Assembly: GCA_049724395.1 (NCBI GenBank)
Contig: JAUGWO010000083.1
Location: forward strand, 62,001-91,709
Length of the DNA: 29,709 nucleotides
From: Spongospora subterranea f. sp. subterranea
Lineage: Eukaryota
Direction of reading: 5' to 3'
A program made the translations under genes and the position numbers. Below are positions 1 to 10,657 of this stretch, piece after piece. Numbering within the stretch: the stretch's first letter is position 1; every line of letters starts with the position of its first letter. The notes under the pieces are model-generated. The model saw only the letters and a program-made list of their open reading frames with translations, was not told the origin of the DNA and searched no databases.

Positions 1-1006
1 ACACTGGTTTGGCAAAGTTGTAGTACTTTAAGGTCAGAAGCAAAATCCGATAACTGCACGAGCTCCTTTGTTGATATGAGGCTCACATAACAAAAGCTAT
101 AGACGGCTCAATCGCAGTTTACCCGCAATTTTTCAGCTGGCCACCAAACAAAAGAACACGATGTAATTTTTGCCATGTTATTGGCGTCGGATGTTGAAAC
201 AACACGAGCAGTCCCGGTTAAAAATGAAAAATAAAGCGAAAAATTATTATACAGACCTAGTGAAATTCCAAAACTTACCAAAATGGAATAAGAAACTGGC
301 GCTCATAGGCAACGCCATCGGTGCTGACGCTGAGTAGTTTCAAACCAGATGTTGCTGAACGATACGAGTCAACAAAACGTTAAATTCTTGGTCAGCATCA
401 TTTTTGTTTTGTGCACGAGCAGCAAGAATAAAAATTGGCGACAACCCTGGCGGAACGTTTTGAACTGAAACAACAGCAACCTAAAGTGATTCATTTACAG
501 CCCAAATATACCTTCAATCAGAAGCTAAATCATCAAAAGAATTGGGCTCCGACGGTAAAGATTAATAGCCTTCGATTGAAAGTGGAAGCAAATGATTAGG
601 AGAGTTACGGCCAACAATGAAACCGTATTTTTGAGGCGATAATAAGGCTGGGACAATTATAGTTACGTCAAACGATAACGAAACTTTGAGTTCAGATTCA
701 GGCTCAATGCTTCTAAGTTTGCTGACGAAGTGTTCAAGCCGAGCAGAAACATTTTCGATACTTAAGTCGAGCACGCAGAATCCTGAGAAAACCCAAATAT
801 AATTTCGAAATTATAAATTTGTCATACCTTCAGAGAGAAGATATCCGTTGAATGTGACGCCACGATGAACCTGGCAGATTGTCGGCGACAACCTTAGACA
901 CTTTCCTCCCATACGATGCTAGCATCAGATAAAAATTAACCAGTACTGTTTTAAGCAGGGCATTCATTCTGCCTTCTGACCGAGTGACCAATGATCGGAC
1001 CACGCA
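1..1006 (-). mobile_element. Decayed P-element-superfamily-like (THAP9/P-type DDE) transposase gene with introns; C-terminal part runs off the window start; 5' part may extend to ~2060
   Basis: Minus-strand translation gives P-transposase-like motifs in the expected order: ADNLPGSSWRHIQR (cf. LPSxRTL), VSLSFDVTIIVPAL..YGFIVG (first D at 667-669, cf. LxFDEM...IxG), PPGLSPIFILAARA..LLSVSTDGVAYER (second D at 317-319), and SDANNMAK/LHRVLL (D at 186-188; DxxHxxKxxR spacing with H->N and a 1-bp shift). GT..AG breaks such as 783-827; stops and frameshifts show decay. Confidence 0.6.
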
Positions 1007-1203
1007 CATCGGCATCGAATCGTTTATGGCAAAATTCAATGAAATCTATAGCACAAACCCAGAATTAGAGTCGGACTCCCAGATGTTCGACTCTATAGAG
1101 ACGAACGCCCAGTATAGAGTCGAACATCTGGGAGTTCGACTCTAATTCTGGGTTTGTGCTATAGATTTCATTGAATTTTGCCATAAACGATTCGATGCCG
1201 ATG
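1007..1203. repeat. Near-perfect long inverted repeat (foldback/hairpin)
   Basis: 1007-1097 is the reverse complement of 1113-1203 (91 bp, 1 mismatch), with a 15-bp loop at 1098-1112. Each arm also holds an internal TAGAGTCG..CGACTCTA mini-palindrome. Confidence 0.95.
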
Positions 1204-2112
1204 ACTTTCTTATCACTGCCAAGAAAAAAAAAACGTTGCGATGGGAAATTTTTCCCTTCAAGGATGTGATAGATTTAACGCACTGAAGCCAGTGTTTGGC
1301 CTTGCTCATTAACTCTGCTCTGGCAGCAGTAGTATTTGAGCTGCTGATTTTGAAACAAATTGCAAGGTCGATGATGGAAGATCGCCCAATTGCCAATCCT
1401 GCAACCTGCAGGTGGTCCATACGTTCGAATTTTTTGCGGACAAGACGTGATGCAAAAAGGTTTTTGCATTGCATGCAATCACAACCTTTAAGCTTTGCAA
1501 AGGCTTACCCGTGCATCCAATGCTGTGAACAGTCATGCGGCCTATTCCGGATTTGAAAACCAAGTCAGGCTGGGGAGCACCATACTTTTCGTACAGCCGA
1601 AGCAATTCAGGATGCGGTGGCATTCCGCCCAGACATTGACGTCGGGGTGGCATCATAATGGCAACGTCAGTAGTATTTTCTGAATCATGAGTGGATTCTA
1701 TCGCAGTTGTGGCAGGCTGAGACGGAGCTGCAAAATAGGAAGTGGCCGTAGATATAACAAGTACACGACTCATAGAGTGAGCCGCAGAGGTAGTTAAAAC
1801 TGCGACCGTAAATGGAACGTGCCCGTCGTCAGACCAGCTCAGTCTTGCCAATAAAGCACCAATTTATAACTGGAAGTCTTGAGCTGTTGACTTTGATGGC
1901 AAAAACGCAACTCCAACGCGTTTATCGAATCGTAACCCAGGAGTGGCCTCTCAGTCTGGCTTAATCTCCGCTGAGCGCCAAAAAGCTGCCCTGGTCGACG
2001 TCGCTCCCGACCCGGGTTACACAGTAATCCCGCGCTACGGTTCGGTCGGAGGTCGTCCATAGTTTGTCCTCGTTACACGGATATTATCTCCATCCCTACT
2101 GTCGGTTGTAGG

Positions 2113-2889
2113 GTGATCATGGGATTATCATGCTTTAAGGCGTTGCCTGATAGTACAGATATACGACGACTAGCCGACAACCATCATACAGACAAGAATC
2201 GTGTTCAATCATTACCCGCTTCCGAACCATTGGACAAAAGCGTGGCGCAGCCGGCTGCAACCGAGGCAAATCCTGCATGCTGTCAGCTGCCGCAACAACA
2301 TGACGCCGTTTTGAATGAGGATTGCAAGCAAGGCCACGAGTTAGATGGTGATAGAGTATTGGATCATGTGGAGAACGTGGAGAAAATACCTGCTGAAGCT
2401 GTAGTAGTCACTGAGGAGGTTGAAGTTGAACAGGCCATCGTCCCTGCTATAGCGATTTTGAAGGATGACGTTCGCGCCAGCGATAAAATGCCGCGCGATT
2501 GTGGACCCATTCCAAGTATGGACGATGTTATTGTTGAAGCTGCTGTAGTCAATCTCGAAATTGAGGGCAAACATGACTTATCTCCTGATTCAGCACCAAC
2601 AATCGGTCTTGACTCCAGTGATAAGTTACCCCAAGACGGAAACCTTGTTCCTGATGTCAGTTGCCAACCAAGTGTTGAGCTATCATGTGATTCGGTATTG
2701 AATCATTCGACGAACGTGGACAATATCGTTGTGGAAACGTCAGTAGTCAATGGTGAAGTCGAAGTCGAAGAAGGTTCCAGTTCTGTCGTTTCCGACGAGG
2801 AGATTCTAGACGAGGAGCGCCAACAGGCTCATGACGACTACATGATGAAAGTGGAGGAGACAACCGTGAAAGTGGAATTAAGACAATGA
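2113..2889 (+). CDS. Hypothetical acidic, Val/Glu-rich protein with degenerate internal repeats
   Basis: 258-aa ORF with repeated segments ELDGDRVLDHVENVEKIPAEAVVVTEEVEVE, SMDDVIVEAAVVNLEIE and ELSCDSVLNHSTNVDNIVVETSVVNGEVEVE. No recognised domain. Confidence 0.45.
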   Translation: MIMGLSCFKALPDSTDIRRLADNHHTDKNRVQSLPASEPLDKSVAQPAATEANPACCQLPQQHDAVLNEDCKQGHELDGDRVLDHVENVEKIPAEAVVVTEEVEVEQAIVPAIAILKDDVRASDKMPRDCGPIPSMDDVIVEAAVVNLEIEGKHDLSPDSAPTIGLDSSDKLPQDGNLVPDVSCQPSVELSCDSVLNHSTNVDNIVVETSVVNGEVEVEEGSSSVVSDEEILDEERQQAHDDYMMKVEETTVKVELRQ

Positions 2890-3004
2890 CAACAAAGCAG
2901 TTGTTGAAGGTCTCACATCCCAACAAATTATAACTGAAGCATTTTTATCAAATGGTGAAAACTGTCATAATCGCAAAAACGACGAAAAGAACCCAGTCAA
3001 ATTA

Positions 3005-3262
3005 ATGGATGGATTAGATCTTCTCAATTATCCCAGTGCAGAAGAAGGCAGTCCGCGACATCTTCCTGAAAAGCGTGCCGGTGAGATTGATTCCTCAACA
3101 CTTCTCGAAGATGATGCGGCTTCAGAAGGAAATGACGATCCCAACTCACAGTCCATGAACAACAAAAAGGACATGAGAAAACTTTCAAGAAAACATCTGA
3201 AATCGAAACGAAAACGCGCTCAACTGAGAAGATTAAAGAGCCCAGTCTCACAAAGTCTTTAA
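3005..3262 (+). CDS. Short ORF with acidic region and basic C-terminus; possibly the 3' part of the 2113-2889 gene
   Basis: 85-aa ORF ending in RKLSRKHLKSKRKRAQLRRLK (NLS-like); same strand and similar composition as the upstream ORF. Confidence 0.3.
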   Translation: MDGLDLLNYPSAEEGSPRHLPEKRAGEIDSSTLLEDDAASEGNDDPNSQSMNNKKDMRKLSRKHLKSKRKRAQLRRLKSPVSQSL

Positions 3263-3280
3263 TACAAACCTGTCAAAATG

Positions 3281-4802
3281 TCATGTTGATTTGTGTATTC
3301 CAAAATCATGCCACCAAAAAAAGAGAGTGCTCATTTGATAAAGCCGATAACGCATTTGACCGGGCGCAGACGAAGACTTGTGTGAGCGTGCTATAGAGTT
3401 GACGCCTGAACGCCGCCCGCTTTGCCAGATCGCCATCACTGCCGTGCCGATTGTGTCTGCTTCAAACAAAAGAGTCGTCCATTCCTCATAGCTCTGCATT
3501 GAGAATGACGCAACTGCACCTTCAATCTGATGGATATCAGGGAAAAGACTTCCAACATCTTCGCTATATACACAGAGAGACAGTCTATCCCGCAACAAGA
3601 GCAAAGGCGCGTTCACGATTGAAGAGCCTAGAGTCTGCTGCATGAACTTGTCATTTTGCCCATCATCATCATTAAGCGAACGGCGTCGCATTGTTCCATT
3701 AGCAGTGGCCCTCGTCGCCCGTCGATGACCAACAAAATATAGCAGGCTATCCCGTTGTTTTTGCAGTCTTTGAAGTGTGTTTAACAACAGTTCCACTAGC
3801 TGATTCGAAGTGATATTTCTGTAAGACTTGTCGATAGATTTTCCAAAATTGAAAACGTCCAAAAAGGCTTGCCTGCCTTCAACAAGCATAACCAATACAC
3901 TGCTTAGCATTGAGCCTGGTGTGGTCTCATTCGTATAGGTGCTGGTCATCAATGTGCCGAACTTTTTCCAGAACCCAGTAATCTGGGATAAAATGATGGC
4001 TGTGCTCATCAGCCTCGCAGTAAAACTACTCCTCCTTCTAAAAAAGCTGCGGTTTTTACGAACGGCCAAGGCTAGAATCCTTTCCAAGGAGCTTGACGAG
4101 TCGTCATATATTCTGTTGATGATTATTAGGCTCAAAAAGGTCACAGTTTGCAATAACTAACTGTTTGAGCTCTAGAAATGACTGAGACGCATGGCGATTA
4201 CTGTTCGGTTTGGACGGGCTGGCAGTCCGCTGATTGTATGAGACAGAGGAAACAGCCGGTGATTCCAGATACCAGCTATCTTGAACTCTCGAAGCAGCGC
4301 GTGTCGCTGGCGCCTCAATAATTCCATTGCTTGACTGGCGACGAGATAGCCTCGTGTGAACAGACGGTCTGCCCATCATCCAATGGCCAGGAGAAGCCCC
4401 CACAGCATCCGGCGACATAAGTACATTTTCAAGTTTTGAGGCGATATCGCGAACTTTGGCTCCAGAATGACATTGATCTTCAAGATTGTGCGAGTCAAGG
4501 TCTTCGGTAGATAAAGGCGCCAAAACGGGCCTGGAATTGTCGACAACTGCCATGCGGACTGACTGATAAGTGTGACGTGTACTTTTTCGGGACGACGATG
4601 ACTTCAACCTAGGTAGCTGGAAGGAAGTTGGCGAAGTTGGGCCGGAGTGTTTGGTTTGCGAATGCGCGTGTCCGGCGTGATGATGATTGGCGGGCCCGGA
4701 TCCCGTCCTGACAACCAACACGGTGCGATGATGATGCGAAGTGGGCCTGAGTATCGTAATGGGAGTAACAGAGTCGTGTATTGATAATGATAAAGAGGCC
4801 AC
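3281..4802 (-). CDS. Hypothetical protein, at least 2 exons; His/Ser-rich disordered N-terminus plus a globular C-terminal region (weakly DH-PH-like); start uncertain
   Basis: ORFs 4104-4802 and 3281-4153 join in frame (..LELKQ|IYDDSS..) after removing a 49-bp GTTAGT..CAG intron at 4113-4161. Confidence 0.65.
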
Positions 4803-5308
4803 ACTGTCACCCTTACATCACAGCCCATAGATGATCACTGCCACCACCACCAGGTATCGCAGCTGTCTGTGACCGTTGGGAGCCAATTCAGGGGCCAGCC
4901 ACATAGCACGCCAAATGACAACAACACCTCAACTACATCTACAGATATTATCCACTTGATAAACCCAAATTGTCCAGTTTGCTTCATTTTACAGTTTCAA
5001 AATCAAATTGTAGGGGCCAAATGGCTGAAAAGTGATTACCAAATAATGTATAGATAATCGAAAGGATTACGGTATAAACGTAAAAGAAAGAAGCACCTCC
5101 GAAGGCGCTTCTTGATTTGGGCTTTTTTGAATCAGTGATCATAGCGCTCATGAGTTTTTCGTTCCACGACGAAGTACTCAATGGTCCGATAGTGCCACTA
5201 AGTTGTTAAAGATCAAAACATCTTAACTTGAATAAATGATGAACCGTAAAATATAATTTTGATGATGTTTTAGTGAGTAGTTTTGAAGCGGGTAAAATAA
5301 CTGCCAAA

Positions 5309-7131
5309 TTAATCATGATCTCCCATAAGATCATCTAAATCCTCGTCTTTAAGCTCTTCTTCAAGAACTTCTAAAATTTGATCATGCTCGGCAGCACGTT
5401 CATCTCCTTCATCATCTTTGTCGGTCGGTGCATCAGGATACCGCATGGACATAACTGCTGAATTATACATGGCAAGACAAAAGTCAATACGGCGATTAAA
5501 CTGAGATTGAGGCTCGGTCGTTGAATAAACATCTACATTTTCAGTAGAATATAAGAATCCTTTTTGACGGTCAATGAGAGCGTCAATGACCCCTACATTA
5601 GCATTAGCAATTTGAAAAACATTAGACACTTCTCAGTACCGTCGTTAATCGCCTTGGCAATAATATACTCGGCATCTTCCACTGAATTTAGCTTGAGTTT
5701 TGACGCAATATCTGATATGGATATGCGGGAATACGACAATGAAATTTTACGAAGCCCAATTTTGATGACGTTGAAACGGAGTCGTGTAATGAGGTTTAGA
5801 ACACCTATTGGAAAAATTGTCATTTTGAGGTAAGCACAGGGAGGTGAGATTACCGTCTTTTTCGAAAACTGAGGCGTATGTTGACTGAACCGTGGAAAAC
5901 GCAGCTAAATCACCGACACGAACAGCCTGAAAAATGACATCATCACAGGGTATTTGGTTACTCATTTTCAAATAACCTGAGTCAGCAGAAAATAGATCTT
6001 CAAGGAACGCTTCAACGTGGGTTCAAAGAATAACGATCGCTCAGGTATATCCCCCATCAACAATTGAACGACAATCAACAGTTTCGTGGCAGCTTGGCGA
6101 AACCCAACCTTGGAAATATTGTTAGAACATCAAACAACAACAGAATTCGATTTTTACAGCGGCTTTTGTTGGAGCTTTGCGAAGAGCAGCAGAAAGGTTA
6201 TTACATGCATCGGTATAATGGAGCTGGACAGAATTGATTTTCCCAATGTAATATAGATAACGGGCTGTTTGATAATTGGATCGACTTTCTGGGAAAGTGC
6301 AATTGAGCCGAAATTTATCGGCTTGAGTATACAAATTGGATAATAAAAAATTTCTGATAATAAGATTACAAAGGACAGCTTGCCCAGGCTCGTCGTGCCT
6401 AAGACACGCGCTGCGATGCGCACCGATAAGGTCATCCCGCACCTAACACGATGATTAATTCAGATTGAAGCAAATGCACCAATATTACCTCATGTAGTTT
6501 ACCGCTACGCTCAAGACATAAAGCCCAGAACTGATATGATTTGGCAGCGATACGGTCTAGTGTGCGTCGATTCAAAGTCCTTACTCGTGCAATGAGATCG
6601 TTTGAGAGTTCTACCGCTTTCGCGATAGAGGAATGGTCAAAAACAAACATCGCTATAAGAAGATGTATGAACACTTCGACTTCGGGGACTGGTACATTAG
6701 ATCGAGAGACCGGAGTGGGAAGATTTTCAACCGCCTCGTCGTCAGAGTCTGTCATTTCGCCGATATCGATTGCCGAGAGGAGTTTTGCATGTAAATTGGT
6801 ATCGGCAGCTAGAAACTCATTGATCACAGCTTTGAGGATCGAAGTTGATACACCCTTGCGGAATCGAGAGTTATGCTTAGCAGCGCTGGCCAAAATACGA
6901 TCATCACGGCGAGGTACAGCTTTCTCAAGAGCACGAATGGAATCGCGAATTTCTAATGCAGAGGTCAGTGTGGAATATGCAATGCATTTAATGGAACATA
7001 CCAAGGAGTATTGCGACCTTAGCCGGCACAGGTGGAGGGGATGGCTTCTTGGTTTCCGAATCGCTGTGTTTCGGAGATACCACCTTGTCAGATTTGATAT
7101 TTTCTTTGTTGTTTGCCCTTTCGGCTCCCAT
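5309..7131 (-). CDS. RPN3: 26S proteasome lid subunit RPN3/PSMD3 (PCI domain), ~7 exons
   Basis: Conserved motifs [102 protein letters not shown] and [31 protein letters not shown] at 7131, TAA at 5309, with GT-AG introns of ~45-50 bp. Confidence 0.96.
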
Positions 7132-7474
7132 TATCCCGATAACAGCAAAAGGTGTAGAGAGGAAGCGATATTAGATAAATGGGTTTAGCCCTATCGTGGA
7201 CAAACGTGTACATATATACACGTTAGAGTGAATCGGGGGCAACCCACACCACTTACTCTAAAAGCCCGCACACCACTGTCTAGGCAAAATCTGTAAATTA
7301 CAGCATTTACAGGGAATTGCGCCGGCATTTGTTGGCAAAAACTCTAAAATATTGAATTATCGTCTGGGTAATACAAACTTTCTCTACACACATTGCCTTT
7401 TAATGGACGACGATGATAATGTTTGGCTATGAAAAAAAGGTCGCCATTACTTCTTTGCTGACATCCCAACAACA

Positions 7475-7792
7475 TCATGGTTTATCAACTGCGATAACTG
7501 CAGGAACATGCAATGTCTTAGTTTGCACAAACAACCACAAGTCAGCACATTTTGAATTGTATTCGAGCTCATTTATCGTCGCTGTGATATCAATCGTTCC
7601 AGCTTTGCCAATTTGATTTCTGCACACGAGTAATGGTTGTACAGTACCGTTTGACGGTATCGCGATTAATTTATTAGTCAGCTGGGGATTCATCTTCACG
7701 CCACAGAATTTAATCACTTGCCCTGTTGCATTGAACGTCCCTTGATCCTCAGCTGAATTCATCGTATGCCGTTTGTTACTGTACCGAGACAC
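7475..7792 (-). CDS. Possible small hypothetical protein or exon
   Basis: 105-aa ORF directly downstream of 7809-8816 on the same strand. No motif recognised and no in-phase intron linking the two was found. Confidence 0.25.
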   Translation of the reverse strand: MSRYSNKRHTMNSAEDQGTFNATGQVIKFCGVKMNPQLTNKLIAIPSNGTVQPLLVCRNQIGKAGTIDITATINELEYNSKCADLWLFVQTKTLHVPAVIAVDKP

Positions 7793-7808
7793 AACTCGCT
7801 TTCAATGC

Positions 7809-8816
7809 TTAATCATTCTGTGTACTCGATTGCCTCATCAACGCCTGTTGAACCTTTAGCTGTGCTGTCCTTCGAGCGATATCGACTTGATCAGGTGCAT
7901 AATCAGGGCGCATTAATTGGCTGGGCATTGCTGATTTATGAAGTTTAGGGAAAAGATCAGGAACTAATACCAATGACGTCGGTGGCGATTTCATATTGCC
8001 GCTCAGTTCTGGTATGATTGGACACAGCAATTGCTTCTCCCACACTCGAACCTGATCATCCCTGATCGTGTCTAGAGATATTGGTTGCTCGTCTAGCTCC
8101 TCATTCAATACCGTTTTCTCATTGATGTTCTTCCGTCTCCATGACAATAATCTTCTCAATAGGCGTTTCTCTAGAATCTCCTCCATCTTATCAAATTCAA
8201 CTTGCTCATCGCCCGTACTTCTAACCCGATTGCCGGAAATGTTGCTCTCCTTGTCGTTATGATTAAAAGAAGATAAAAAATCGCTCCTTTCTTTCTTCCG
8301 TTTGATCTTATTTCCTGCATTTATAGGATCTGGTGAAGAATGATATGGATGCCTATCTTGAGTCTGTGTTCTACCCTTTCCGGCCTCGGAATGCTTATTT
8401 GCACATCGATTTTTCTTCAGGCTGTCACTCGGCGTTTTATCGCTTCTCACGGTGATCGATGATTGCAGCGATAAGTTGCTAAATTGAGAATGGTGCAACC
8501 GGTTACTCTGAGGAAGTATTATCCTGTCACCAACCAAAGGTGGCTCGCTGAAATTGTTTTCAACAGATCCCTCTGCAGTTCTCTGGAGTTGGTCTTTATA
8601 GCTGAGGACGGATTGTGCATCCAGCGGTTTACTGTTTTGGTTTAACTTGGCCCCATATTGGCTCTTTGATGATCGCTCTTTTGAGATGTTTAAAAGATCA
8701 TGATCGAATATGTTATTGGGATGGTGTGGTTCCGTCCCTTGTTCTTGATAACCGGCTCGCTCTTTAGCTTTCGTAATAAACTCACAGTACTGCTCATTCC
8801 AGTTTATATCGCTCAT
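7809..8816 (-). CDS. Hypothetical protein (335 aa)
   Basis: Long ATG-initiated ORF with protein-like composition; no recognised domain. Confidence 0.6.
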   Translation of the reverse strand: MSDINWNEQYCEFITKAKERAGYQEQGTEPHHPNNIFDHDLLNISKERSSKSQYGAKLNQNSKPLDAQSVLSYKDQLQRTAEGSVENNFSEPPLVGDRIILPQSNRLHHSQFSNLSLQSSITVRSDKTPSDSLKKNRCANKHSEAGKGRTQTQDRHPYHSSPDPINAGNKIKRKKERSDFLSSFNHNDKESNISGNRVRSTGDEQVEFDKMEEILEKRLLRRLLSWRRKNINEKTVLNEELDEQPISLDTIRDDQVRVWEKQLLCPIIPELSGNMKSPPTSLVLVPDLFPKLHKSAMPSQLMRPDYAPDQVDIARRTAQLKVQQALMRQSSTQND

Positions 8817-8985
8817 GTTGATGTATCAACGCACACTGTGGATAATGCGATATTTCGATCGAGGAAGTACAAACCTATTGCTTTGGGGCGTTCGGAAGTG
8901 TAAAAGCTTTTTGTGCAGATGATCAAGTCAATTTTTAAGATCATTTTTGTAATTGATAAATAAAAATTAGACCATCAGGCACGGT

Positions 8986-10018
8986 TTAGCCAGCTATTGT
9001 ATTAGGACAGGTTAGTGAGTAACCTGCTCCTAAATCGATGTTGGTGACATCCACCGAATTGTCCTCGCTGATGGTATAACGAATAACGAGACGATCCAGA
9101 TGAACGGTGAAAGTACGCGTGGAGACGGCGAGCCGACGCTGATTCAATGATCGTATATCTCTCTGCAGTACTTGCTGAATAAGCAGTTGGACCTGGAGAA
9201 GATCGTTATAGAAGTAGAGATGTGGCAGGAGGTCTGACAAGGAGGCGATGACTGAAGGAGACAGCCGAACAGGGGCCTGGTCAGAAGAGAGATCAACGAT
9301 CCAATCAGGAGATGATGCCCCATCAATCGAGTCATATCTGGGACAGTACGGCTTGATATCAAGAACAGGAGTCCCGTCAATCAGGTCTAAACCGCTTACG
9401 ACGATCAATCCACGCGAGGCGTCGACTGACTCAATTCGTGCAACACTTAACGATATTGGATTAGGGCGGTGAGGCGACCTGGGTACAGAACACACCCACC
9501 TTAACGCCGTCAAGCCTTGGCGGCCTGATCTTGGCCTTAAACTGATTAGGTCTAGATTTATGGATATTGGTATTGTCATGGAATAAGCCGATAACCCAGA
9601 TATGGGAGAACTGATCCATCCCATCTAAACTGGACTCAGATTGGATATACGGCTCGAGGCGAATCTCAGCGCGAGAAACGTTGGCAAGCTGTGATTGGCG
9701 AGGAGTCCCTCTCCTATCTCGGAACACACTACGAACGACCCCGATAGGATCCATTGATGGCAGATTACAAGGGACGCTAGACAGACACTTCTCTCTTAGA
9801 AGGCGTTCGGCCCGAGTCCTTCCAACACGATCGTCATGACGATTGCTGCGCTCCTGCTGTAGAAGACGGGTGGTTTCATCGAGGGAGTCAATAAGTCGGC
9901 AATTGTGGGCATCTAAAACTTCTGTTAATTTGATTATTGCAGCGGTACTGAAACACTCACTAATTCGGGAAATAAACCGAGTCACAAAGTATATGGCGGC
10001 AGAGGCGACCCCTCCCAT
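8986..10018 (-). CDS. TRMO: tRNA (N6-threonylcarbamoyladenosine(37)-N6)-methyltransferase TrmO/TsaA, with an N-terminal hydrophobic and coiled-coil extension; one apparent frameshift at ~9481; start may lie slightly further upstream
   Basis: Motifs PIGVVRSVF..RRGTPRQ, SLDGMDQFSHIWVIGLFH and KAKIRPPRLDGVKVGVFCT, then after one extra C: RSPHRPNPISLSVARI, SGLDLIDGTPVLDIKPY and IQQVLQRDIRS. DRVGRTRAERLLRE resembles the coiled segment of plant/protist homologues. Confidence 0.92.
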
Positions 10019-10657
10019 AAAACTGCACCATAAAAGTAGTTCGAGAATCGATAGGCATTTAATAGTAATGATATCAGCCGATATGAGCAATCGATGAAAG
10101 AGTTCAGTGGCGATTGCGATATACGCCAGATCGATAGTGGAATATGGGTAGTGTCAGACAGACGGCTCCGTACGGACTGAACTCTATTCCACGGACTCGC
10201 CTTAACGGCGGATCATGGCACCCGTTTACTGATATTTACAGGCTGTCACACTATATTGCACATGACCCACTAAATTTGCCCATTTTTTCCTATAATGGTC
10301 TGTGTCCAACACATAATAAAATCATTTGTTGAAAACACAAATCAATTGATGATTTTGCCTTCAAACCAGATGAAATAATGCGACAGGAATTTTCTCATCA
10401 TAAACTGGAATCTCCGTCAGGTTATATAAAGCGCTTCGTGTATTTTTCTGACTTTTGGCGAACGTGAGTTGCTCTGTTGCGGGAGTTGAGTGATGGATTG
10501 CAGGGTTAGACAACCGGGTCGGTGCGGGTACGTACGGTACACAAGCACACCCTTCATACAGTATCTGCACCGCACTGGGCACGGCCTCGCATTGTTCACG
10601 GTAATTCCGACTTGCCGTTATACATACCAACATCCAAACTGGAATCCGGCTTACTCC

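Noticed and set aside
2091..2116. CATCCCTA..TAGGGTGA, resembling back-to-back hAT TIR starts
   Set aside because: Only 8-bp matches, with no partner TIR or TSD found in the window.
6541..7188. 215-aa plus-strand ORF and similar antisense ORFs over RPN3, TrmO, XPO7 and the LINE
   Set aside because: Shadow ORFs opposite well-supported genes, with no motifs. The exception is the inverted ORF1 copy, reported separately.
10520..10572. Short imperfect inverted repeat in the TrmO/XPO7 divergent intergenic region
   Set aside because: 12 bp with 2 mismatches is within chance; no tRNA or ncRNA hallmarks.
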